From sequence record DRR723986_6279: DNA of 39,976 nt; one strand, written 5' to 3'. The first letter of the stretch is position 1. The number at the start of each line of letters is the position of its first letter. This document shows positions 32,062-39,976 of this stretch, in pieces. Under the pieces are notes generated by a model. That model was not told the DNA's origin, ran no database searches, and saw nothing but the letters and a program-made list of their open reading frames with translations. Made by a program: the position numbers and the translations under genes.

Positions 32062-34443
32062 ATGCCCTTTAAAACCCGCCTATTTTTAGCCATTTGTCTA
32101 AGCTTTATCTCGTGGACCTCCCAAGCTCAAAACACCTACAGCATCAAAGGACAAGTCGTTGAGGCAACCGGAACCGGAATTGAATTTGGTAATCTGGTGC
32201 TACTTTCTATAGATGATTCTTCCCTTCTAAAAGGCACCCATATTTGGAACGGTGAATTCGAATTATTAGGCATTGAACAGTCCGATTTCATTTTAAAAAT
32301 AACGGCTCCTGGTTTATCGCCATTTTTTCAAAATCAGCAATTATCCGATACCAGTTTAGCCGATCTCGGAACCTTGGTGATGGAAAATGCCAACTTGGAC
32401 GTGGTTGAAGTAGTACATTATGTGCCCATGTTTCAACGCGAAGTCGGCAAACTGGTGGTCAATGTGGAGGGCACCATGCTGCAAGAAAAAGGCACCATTA
32501 AAGACTTATTGAAAAGCACACCCAATGTATTGGTGAAAGGCAATTCAGTTGAAGTTGTTGGCAAAGGGCCGGCAATTCTTTATTTAGATGGACAACGCGT
32601 TTTCTCATTAGAAATGATCTCCTCTATTTCGGCAACAGACGTTCACAAAATTGAAGTCATCACTAATCCTTCTTCTAAATATGATGCCGAAGGTAATGCC
32701 GTGATTGAAATCATCACTAAAACCGGCGCGAAAAATGGCTATCAAGTGAGTCTAGGATTAAGAGGGATGCACCGCACCGATTCGCAATTTGCCTACTGGT
32801 TTAACCTGAGTTTAAAAAAGAATTGGTTCACCATGTACGCTTCTTACGGTCAATATAAAGGCACCATTTATGAAGATGAATTTTATTTCAGAGAAGTGTT
32901 TGGCAGCCCCAACATCACCATGGAAAATGATGTGTTGAGAGCCATAAATTACAAGCTCAATAATTGGATGTATTTGGATACCGATTTTGATTTGGATTCA
33001 GTTTCTACCTTGTTTTTGAGCTATACGGGGTCGATTTCTCAACAAGAAGTGAACACCGATAACCTCAACCAATTGTTTGCAGATAGTGTCTACTCTGGAG
33101 AATTAGCGAGTAATTCTTTTGAGCGTCCTAAAAAGAACATGCATTCAATTTCTGGCGGATTTGTGCGAGAGTTGGACTCACTAGGCTCTGAATTCAGGAT
33201 TGTGGGCCAATTCACCAATTTTGACTTTAACTCGAACAGCTCAATTGTCCAAAACTCGATCTTCACTACCAACACAATCAACGAATTTAGAAGTGATAAT
33301 TTCAATGACATTCGCATGATTTCTGGACAAGCGGACTTCAACAAAAACTTTGGCGAAAAAATCAACTTATCTGTTGGATTAAAAAACGCCTATGTGACCA
33401 ATGCCAGTGGGATTGATTTACAAAGCCGCCAAAACGATTCGTGGGTGTCTGACTCTAGTTTTTACAATGAATTTGATTACACCGAAAATGTCTCAGCCGC
33501 GTACGCAGAAATACGAGGACGCCTAAATAAGTTCTCCTACTCATCAGGAATTCGTTATGAATGGACCAATGTAGAAGGCAACTCTTATGTCGCGGGTACT
33601 GGAATCGTCAGTCAATCGTATCATAACCTGTTCCCGAATTTGCAAATGAACTATGACTTTACGCCAGATTTGATCATGGGACTCTCCTACATCAACCGTA
33701 TACAACGCCCGAGTTTTACTGACTTAGATCCATTCATCAGTTTTGTAGATTCATTGACCTCTTTTAGCGGCAATCCTAAATTGCAGCCCTCATATGCCCA
33801 CAATCTAGAAATGAATTTGGTGTATATGGAATACGCATCCATCACTTTAGGCTATTCAAAAGCCTTTAATCCCATGTACTTAACTGTGATTCAAAACCCC
33901 GGCACCAATACCTTTAGCGCCTTGACTCAAAACATCTCCTCCAGCGAAACCTATTCCATTGGTTTGGTAATCCCATACGAATGGCCTTGGTGGACGACTT
34001 TTAATGCATTTGGTTACAGCTGGAATAATTTCAAAATTGTAGATGATGCCACCACCGTGTTGAACAACGAACCCACTTGGTATGTGAGTTTATGGAATGA
34101 ATTCCGTTTCAAAAACATCTGCACAGTTGAGCTCTCTTATGAATATGTCTCCCCAGGTTCGCAAGGCTTTTTCAATGCCAAAAGTTATCAATCATTCGGG
34201 GGCAGCATTTCCCGTGCGTTTTTGAAAGATGCCTTGAGTGTGCGTTTCAGTGTTTTTGACTTGTTCAAGCAAGAAATTGAACGCGCAGAATCAGCCTTAC
34301 CGAGTTTCAATGTCAGCTACCGTTCATGGGCAGATACCCGCAGCTTTATGTTGACCCTCATTTATCAATTTGGCAAACTGGCGGATGACAGTATGAAGGC
34401 CACGAGCATTGATGCTGACACCAAAGATCGAGCGAGGGATTAG
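32062..34443 (+). CDS. Outer-membrane beta-barrel family / TonB-dependent receptor-like protein
   Basis: Carboxypeptidase-regulatory N-domain, plug motif IEVITNPSSKYDAEG, RIQRPSF.DLDPF, GNPKLQP, C-terminal LIYQFGK. Confidence 0.88.
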   Translation: MPFKTRLFLAICLSFISWTSQAQNTYSIKGQVVEATGTGIEFGNLVLLSIDDSSLLKGTHIWNGEFELLGIEQSDFILKITAPGLSPFFQNQQLSDTSLADLGTLVMENANLDVVEVVHYVPMFQREVGKLVVNVEGTMLQEKGTIKDLLKSTPNVLVKGNSVEVVGKGPAILYLDGQRVFSLEMISSISATDVHKIEVITNPSSKYDAEGNAVIEIITKTGAKNGYQVSLGLRGMHRTDSQFAYWFNLSLKKNWFTMYASYGQYKGTIYEDEFYFREVFGSPNITMENDVLRAINYKLNNWMYLDTDFDLDSVSTLFLSYTGSISQQEVNTDNLNQLFADSVYSGELASNSFERPKKNMHSISGGFVRELDSLGSEFRIVGQFTNFDFNSNSSIVQNSIFTTNTINEFRSDNFNDIRMISGQADFNKNFGEKINLSVGLKNAYVTNASGIDLQSRQNDSWVSDSSFYNEFDYTENVSAAYAEIRGRLNKFSYSSGIRYEWTNVEGNSYVAGTGIVSQSYHNLFPNLQMNYDFTPDLIMGLSYINRIQRPSFTDLDPFISFVDSLTSFSGNPKLQPSYAHNLEMNLVYMEYASITLGYSKAFNPMYLTVIQNPGTNTFSALTQNISSSETYSIGLVIPYEWPWWTTFNAFGYSWNNFKIVDDATTVLNNEPTWYVSLWNEFRFKNICTVELSYEYVSPGSQGFFNAKSYQSFGGSISRAFLKDALSVRFSVFDLFKQEIERAESALPSFNVSYRSWADTRSFMLTLIYQFGKLADDSMKATSIDADTKDRARD
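34367..34443 (+). repeat. Direct repeat copy 1 (3' end of beta-barrel gene)
   Basis: 77 bp, 66/77 identical to 36786-36862. Confidence 0.95.
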
Positions 34444-34607
34444 ATAACTGGAATCTTGACTAATCACCTCTTGCGGGAATTACGGTTTTCATTTTCGGAT
34501 TCTACTGTTTTTTGAAAATCAAGTGGTTATGAGTTAACAAATCTTTGTTTTTATTTGACATATTTAGGGAATGAAATTAATGCTGATTTTTAAAACCCTA
34601 GCAATTT

Positions 34608-36725
34608 ATGATCCAATCTAGTGTAATATCCAAAACTCTTACTTGCATAATACTATTCGTAATAACTGGCTGCACATTTATCAAGAAGCCACCTATAAAA
34701 GAAATTCCTGACTCGATACCAAATATTGAAACGTCTCGAATTTCTATTCCCATTATCGTGGATATTGAAAAAATTGAAAAAGCAATTCTTGAGTCAATAG
34801 AGAATCCCATTGCAAACGGTAAAACTGACGAGCTTGACATAAAGATTCTTGCTACAAAGAAAATCACTGAAAGACAACTAATAAAGAAACTATTGGAACC
34901 AGCAAAACCCGGATATTATGTCACAAAATATAAAAATGTTGAAAAAAAAGTGTCCAAAGCATTCAAATGTATGTTAAAACCCTGGAAATGGGGCAAGTGT
35001 TATAAAGATGTGATTGAGGTGGTCAAAGTTCCTTATGATATGTGGATTGAGCCTGTGGAAGCTGTGTATGGATATGTTTCAGAAGACATTACAAAGTTGA
35101 TTGATAAAACTTTTGATATCTCTGGTTGGCTAAATTACAAAGCAAATGTTCAATCTTTTGATATGGACATTAATGGCAACGTTCTTAACTCATCAACAAA
35201 ATTAAAAATCGACCTTTCGTTGGATTACAAACAAAATGCATTCCCTTTTGGACCAGATATACAAATCAATGGTGCGTTGACTTGCACAATCGAAGCTGAG
35301 ATTAAAATTAACGGAACTATCAATATTGGAGAGAATGCTGATTTACTAATCAATCTACCTGACAATGGCGGGGAAATCAATTTCACAAAAATTTGCCTAC
35401 CAGAAGCTATTGAAGTGTTCGATATTGTATCATTGATGAGCCCTATATTAATGATAACAAAAGATCAGATTGGAAAAAAACTAGATCAGAAATTAACTGA
35501 AAAAATAATTGAAGAAATAAACGATAAACAAGGAGACTTAAATTTTAAAGATGAGGTTATCAAAAATGCTACTGCAGCCTCAAAGCCAAATCTGATTGGT
35601 GAAAATGTTTGGCTATTACCAAATGTAAAATCTCTGGAGTACACGGATATTAATGGTGAAAATGGAAAATTAAAGTTTCAGCTTGCTCTAGAATGCACTC
35701 CAGAAATATTCTATTCGAAGGAAGAATTTAAAATAACTCCAAATAATGCTCCCGTTGTGTTGAGAAAAGTAAATTCCATCAATCCAAATACTCAACTTTT
35801 GATTGATGCTTCAATTTCATACGAAGAAGCCGAACATTTGTTAAACACTGAAATCGCCGACTTCCAAAACTCTAAATACCCCAAAAACCCTTATTACTTG
35901 GCAAATTCGCACCTTTATCCTTCAAATGAAAAAATTGTGATCTCCCTTGATTTAATTAAAAAAAAGAACAACAAACGAAAACTAAGGTTGTATGCCTGGG
36001 GTATACCCAAGTATAATGCCGAAAGCAGTGAAGTCTATCTTGACAGTTTACAATTTACACTCCAATCTAAATCCGCAATACTTAAATTCTTGACAGCTAT
36101 TTTTGAAAAAGAAATCATTGAAAAACTTGCAAAAACTTCTATCTGGAGTATTTCTAATGAAAAACAGAAAATTCTTCAAGAAATCAGTGATATAAATTAT
36201 GTAAATGAAGATTTTATAATTTCAGGTGGATTCAATCGTTTAGACCTTATTGAGGTGTTCACAACAAAAGATAAGTTCAAAGTATTTGTTAAAACTACAG
36301 GACAAATAATAATGGAAATAGATCCATTAGGCTCGCAAAAAATCGTTTCGGATATGAAAGAAATATCCAAGATGGAATCACTAAGCAACCTTCGTTTTGT
36401 TGCGGACGATCATTCAAGCACTAATTATGTAAGTGAATCATTTAATACAATGTCAACGTTCGCAAATTCAATGGAAATTGAATATTTACCTAAAGAAGAA
36501 ACAATCAAATCTATTGAGTCATCATTTTTTGAAGATCTTCTAATTATGACTGGTGATACAATATATCTTGACGAAAAATTTGAAAATTATAGAATTGCTG
36601 AAGATAAAGATGCGTCTTCAGCTGGTGACACCTTATATTTCATTAATCACAATAATGAACTTTTATTTCATGTACTTAGTTTTGAAGATCTTAATAATCA
36701 GCGAAAACAGAGTGAGCCCAAATGA
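34608..36725 (+). CDS. DUF4403-like lipoprotein
   Basis: Lipobox-like FVITGC, SRISIPI N-terminal motif, WLLPN, LYAWGIPKYN and LDSLQF recall DUF4403; extra C-terminal extension. Confidence 0.6.
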   Translation: MIQSSVISKTLTCIILFVITGCTFIKKPPIKEIPDSIPNIETSRISIPIIVDIEKIEKAILESIENPIANGKTDELDIKILATKKITERQLIKKLLEPAKPGYYVTKYKNVEKKVSKAFKCMLKPWKWGKCYKDVIEVVKVPYDMWIEPVEAVYGYVSEDITKLIDKTFDISGWLNYKANVQSFDMDINGNVLNSSTKLKIDLSLDYKQNAFPFGPDIQINGALTCTIEAEIKINGTINIGENADLLINLPDNGGEINFTKICLPEAIEVFDIVSLMSPILMITKDQIGKKLDQKLTEKIIEEINDKQGDLNFKDEVIKNATAASKPNLIGENVWLLPNVKSLEYTDINGENGKLKFQLALECTPEIFYSKEEFKITPNNAPVVLRKVNSINPNTQLLIDASISYEEAEHLLNTEIADFQNSKYPKNPYYLANSHLYPSNEKIVISLDLIKKKNNKRKLRLYAWGIPKYNAESSEVYLDSLQFTLQSKSAILKFLTAIFEKEIIEKLAKTSIWSISNEKQKILQEISDINYVNEDFIISGGFNRLDLIEVFTTKDKFKVFVKTTGQIIMEIDPLGSQKIVSDMKEISKMESLSNLRFVADDHSSTNYVSESFNTMSTFANSMEIEYLPKEETIKSIESSFFEDLLIMTGDTIYLDEKFENYRIAEDKDASSAGDTLYFINHNNELLFHVLSFEDLNNQRKQSEPK

Positions 36726-36785
36726 TTTGATTAAACAATTTTCACCAACAGAAGATCGAAATAAATACACCTTTTACCTGAAAAT

Positions 36786-36862
36786 AATTTGGCAAGCTCA
36801 AAGATGACAGCATGAAGGCCACCAGCATTGATGCTGATACTAAAGATCGGGCTAGGGATTAG
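36786..36862 (+). pseudogene. Direct repeat copy 2: orphan 3' fragment of the beta-barrel gene
   Basis: Encodes FGKLKDDSMKATSIDADTKDRARD* versus FGKLADDSMKATSIDADTKDRARD* in the intact gene; preceded by an in-frame TAA, no start codon. Confidence 0.9.
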
Positions 36863-37029
36863 GGACTTTCTTGTTGCTTTTACATGTAATGCGGGAATTA
36901 CGGTTTTTTTGAATATATGCGTTTTCAAATGGTTAAACCCGTTTAATAGTGAATTTTATTCCCGATATTTAGGGGAGTAAAGTGCAGATGTGCTTTATTC
37001 GCAAGTTACCTGTAATTACAATTTGACAA

Positions 37030-38646
37030 ATGACAAATGAGGTATTATTAAAACTTGGATATATTCCAAAGGAGTTACCACCTCCATTTGAAAGCATCAC
37101 ATTTGCTGAAAATATTAACGGTATTAACTCTGAATGGAATTCTATTTTTAACGGGTTTACTTATGCCCAAAAGCAGAAATACTTCGAGTCAAAATGGGTT
37201 TCTTTTTCTATTCCTAAGGTAAACTTATCACGCAGGATAATTAACATTCCAAATCCACTTCATCAATCCAAGCTTTCTAAAACACTTACAGATCGTTGGA
37301 CCGAAATTGAAACTATTTTTAACAATTCAACCATTTCTTCAAGTTCCCCCATAGTGGACAACAAAGGGAAACGTGCATTAATTCCAAAACATGATTTTGG
37401 AACATTCAAACGAAGAATTCTAAATGAATCTTTTGACAATCTCTATGAAGTTCGAACAGATGTTTCGCGTTTTTACGGAACTATTTACACTCATTCTATA
37501 CCATGGTTAGTGCATACTAAGCCCGTTGCAAAGGCAAATAGAACAGATATGTCAATGTTGGGCAATGCCATAGACAAAGATTTACGAAGTTCTAACTCAG
37601 GCCAGACCGTGGGAATTCCGATCGGCCCAGACACCTCATTAGTCGTTGCAGAAATTATTACCTGTTTAATGGATGAGCAAATCCAGAGCAAACTTCGAAA
37701 TGTAAAATCATTCAGGTTTATAGATGATTATTACCTCTATTGCGACAGTTATGCAGATGCCGAAAAAGCATTCAAATTCATCCAATCTTTGTTAACCGAA
37801 TTCCAGCTGGATATAAATGAAGAAAAAACAAAAATTTCAAAGGCTCCATTTGCTTTAGATAGCAAATGGTCAATTGAATTAGGCTCTTTCACTTTTAGAA
37901 AAAATCCAAAAACTCAATTGACTGACATTGAAAGATTTGTAAGTCTTTCCTTGATTCACTCGGCAGATTCACCTAAAGATTCTGTCTTGCTATTTTCAAT
38001 TAAAGTTTTGAAGTTCTTACCCCTTTTTAGTGAGAATTGGGATACATACGAATCGTTAATATTGAAATTAGGAATGACCGAACCAAGGACTTTACCTGAT
38101 GTAACAGAGATTTTAGCTTCTAACAAAAATCGAATATCCAAGCGAAAAATTAAAAGCGTAGTTGAAAAATTAATTGCAATTCACTTACCGAAAGGCCATA
38201 ATTTTGAGGTTTCATGGGCGCTTTGGATTTGCGTTGAATTTCAAATTAAATTAAAGAATAAAACAGCCGAAAAAGTCTTTGCTTCGAATGATTTGATTTC
38301 AATATTAATTGCTCTTGATCTTAAAAGTAAGAATTTGATTAATTCAACTGTTTCCACAAATGAACTACTCTCCGAATTGTCGGAAGATTCACTAATGAAT
38401 GAAAATTGGTTATTTACTTACGAAGCAATTAAAAAAGGCTGGCTATCTGTGCCTACAAACCCAATAGAAACAAATGAATACTTCAAAATTCTTCTTGAGA
38501 AGGGCGTATACTTCTACAAGGAAGATGCTAATACTTCAACCTACAATGTTCCTACACCTCCGAACTCACAGGAATCAACAACACAAGCACAAACTCCAGA
38601 TACTGCTTCAAACATTGTGATTGGTGGCTTTGGTGGAGGCTATTAA
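37030..38646 (+). CDS. Abi-like (AbiK/Abi-P2-related, class 1 UG/Abi) reverse transcriptase
   Basis: GYIPKELPPPF, FSIPK...RR.I.IPNP, TDVSRFYGTIYTHSIPW, QTVGIPIGPDTS, FRFIDDY, INEEKT; helical C-terminal half. Confidence 0.88.
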   Translation: MTNEVLLKLGYIPKELPPPFESITFAENINGINSEWNSIFNGFTYAQKQKYFESKWVSFSIPKVNLSRRIINIPNPLHQSKLSKTLTDRWTEIETIFNNSTISSSSPIVDNKGKRALIPKHDFGTFKRRILNESFDNLYEVRTDVSRFYGTIYTHSIPWLVHTKPVAKANRTDMSMLGNAIDKDLRSSNSGQTVGIPIGPDTSLVVAEIITCLMDEQIQSKLRNVKSFRFIDDYYLYCDSYADAEKAFKFIQSLLTEFQLDINEEKTKISKAPFALDSKWSIELGSFTFRKNPKTQLTDIERFVSLSLIHSADSPKDSVLLFSIKVLKFLPLFSENWDTYESLILKLGMTEPRTLPDVTEILASNKNRISKRKIKSVVEKLIAIHLPKGHNFEVSWALWICVEFQIKLKNKTAEKVFASNDLISILIALDLKSKNLINSTVSTNELLSELSEDSLMNENWLFTYEAIKKGWLSVPTNPIETNEYFKILLEKGVYFYKEDANTSTYNVPTPPNSQESTTQAQTPDTASNIVIGGFGGGY

Positions 38647-38661
38647 AAAATTCATTGCGTT

Positions 38662-39867
38662 TTGGAAAAGCAGAATAAAATAAGAAAGAGTTTTGATCAT
38701 ATTCTAAGTGATTTTCAACCAAATTCGAATTATACCGAAAAGTGGACTGATTTAGGAAATGGTCGAAAGGTACTGAAAAGATATTCAGTCAAACTTCCAG
38801 AAAATGAGCGTATAAAGTTTCCTTTTATTGTCAACCTAATGTTTTCAAAAATTCTCAATTATCCTGTTTTACCGAGATTTGAGAAGGTGGCCTGGGAGAT
38901 TCCAATTCTGTATAAAAACGAAGCTTTTGTCTTAGCCCATAGAAAATTCGGTTTTGACATTTCTGCCACTGAAGAAGCCGACAAATTAAAAAAATTAGCT
39001 GTCGAAGCAATTTCTCAAATAAACAAAGCTATACCTCTAGTCGAAGCCTTAATTAATCCAATTGTTAAGGCACAAGTTCAAAAAGGACATCTCACTATTG
39101 AGAGTAAGTTCACCGAAATAAACAACAGATATATCTTTTTCAGAAATAAGCTTCAAGAAACAGAATCATCAGAACTAATAGAACTAAAACAAAAAACTAA
39201 AAGTTTTGATTGGCAAAATTTTAATTCCACGGATGAAGCCCTAATAGCATATAATGAAATTGAAAGACTTAGTAACTCAAAATCATACTATTTATATTCT
39301 ATGGTAGACTCATATTTCAGTTTACTTGAACACATTTCAGTCCTCGTGCCACCTTTCTTATCTCATTTGAAAATAAGTGAAATGAATGTTGAAGAATTCA
39401 TGCGTAAAAATTGGAAACAAAAGCTTCAAACAATTTTAAACCACAAAAAGAATCCAGAAGCCAATCAAAAAATTCAAATCTTAGAAGAAATAAAAGAACA
39501 AATACGGAATCCAATTGCTCATGGACATTTTGTTAAAAATGGTAGATCATTTTTTGTTCACATGAAAGGCTTAGGCGCCATTCCTTTCACATTGACAGAG
39601 TCGGTTTCCAAGTATCGATTCGAATATTCTCAAATGGATTTCCTTTCATTTGAGTTAGTACGTAAGCACTTTGACGATTTTGATGAATTTCTTGAAAGAA
39701 CAAATACTAAATTCGCTATGAAGTACATCAAGCATGATTTACCAGTAGCATTCGACAAGAATTCTTCTACAGAATATAGGAGAAGAATGAAAACTGAAAA
39801 CTCAACGGATAATTATATCAAAGCTACAATTCAGCAATTAGAGAATTCAAGAAACATGGATTGGTGA
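38662..39867 (+). CDS. Putative HEPN-domain protein
   Basis: TTG start 15 bp after RT stop; helical region with DSYFSLLEH and RNPIAH (R282-H287, nt 39505-39522). Confidence 0.6.
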   Translation: MEKQNKIRKSFDHILSDFQPNSNYTEKWTDLGNGRKVLKRYSVKLPENERIKFPFIVNLMFSKILNYPVLPRFEKVAWEIPILYKNEAFVLAHRKFGFDISATEEADKLKKLAVEAISQINKAIPLVEALINPIVKAQVQKGHLTIESKFTEINNRYIFFRNKLQETESSELIELKQKTKSFDWQNFNSTDEALIAYNEIERLSNSKSYYLYSMVDSYFSLLEHISVLVPPFLSHLKISEMNVEEFMRKNWKQKLQTILNHKKNPEANQKIQILEEIKEQIRNPIAHGHFVKNGRSFFVHMKGLGAIPFTLTESVSKYRFEYSQMDFLSFELVRKHFDDFDEFLERTNTKFAMKYIKHDLPVAFDKNSSTEYRRRMKTENSTDNYIKATIQQLENSRNMDW

Positions 39868-39976
39868 AAAACTACAGGTAACATATTAAGTAAAATTCAC
39901 ACCCTCCCTTGTCCAGCGCAAAAAGCTACCTTTAGTTTGTCCAATATCTTGGGGTTCCACGCAGGAATTGCCAACG

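Larger units (their letters stand above)
37005..39882 (+). mobile_element. Putative integron-like gene cassette carrying RT + HEPN genes
   Basis: GTTACCTGTA (37005-37014) 15 bp before the RT ATG and its exact reverse complement TACAGGTAAC (39873-39882) 5 bp after the last stop; no integrase in window. Confidence 0.5.

Noticed and set aside
36863-37029. Retron msr-msd or DRT ncRNA upstream of the RT
   Set aside because: No long inverted repeats or evident structured RNA; the RT lacks retron NAxxH/VTG motifs; only 25 bp lie between the putative cassette boundary and the ATG.
34367-38646. Diversity-generating retroelement (repeat at the 3' end of a surface-protein gene as VR, second copy upstream of an RT as TR)
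   Set aside because: The layout is suggestive, but only 3 of 11 mismatches fall on adenines of the putative TR and the rest are synonymous third-position changes. The RT has Abi-type rather than DGR-type motifs, and no avd-like gene is present.
37030-38646. Group II intron maturase
   Set aside because: No GTPQG/YADD motifs, no X or endonuclease domain, no intron domain V/VI sequence after the ORF.

Overview
AT-rich bacterial DNA, very probably Bacteroidota (Flavobacteriales-like), judged from TAnnTTTG -7 promoter boxes, T9SS C-terminal sorting domains, monomeric IDH and typical lipoprotein/beta-barrel genes. Positions 1-34443 look like ordinary chromosome: a TPR histidine kinase/LytTR pair, icd, ispD, queA, a VWA lipoprotein divergent from an ECF sigma/protease-bearing anti-sigma pair, a YtrA-type GntR/ABC operon with a visible operator, a cytochrome P450, three T9SS cargo proteins, an ABC-F ATPase and several outer-membrane barrels. 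The last 5.5 kb is an accessory hotspot. The 3' 77 bp of an outer-membrane beta-barrel gene is duplicated at 36786-36862 (66/77 identical, almost all changes synonymous), bracketing a DUF4403-like lipoprotein gene. Behind the second copy is a two-gene unit: an AbiK/Abi-P2-like (class 1 UG/Abi) reverse transcriptase with an FIDD active site and a Gly-rich tail ending in Tyr, followed 15 bp later by a protein with a HEPN-type RNPIAH motif. The pair is tightly bounded by the complementary 10-mers GTTACCTGTA and TACAGGTAAC, like an integron-type gene cassette. This candidate 'split AbiA-like' RT + HEPN anti-phage cassette is the most interesting element. All family assignments come from motif recognition by eye; no database searches were run.
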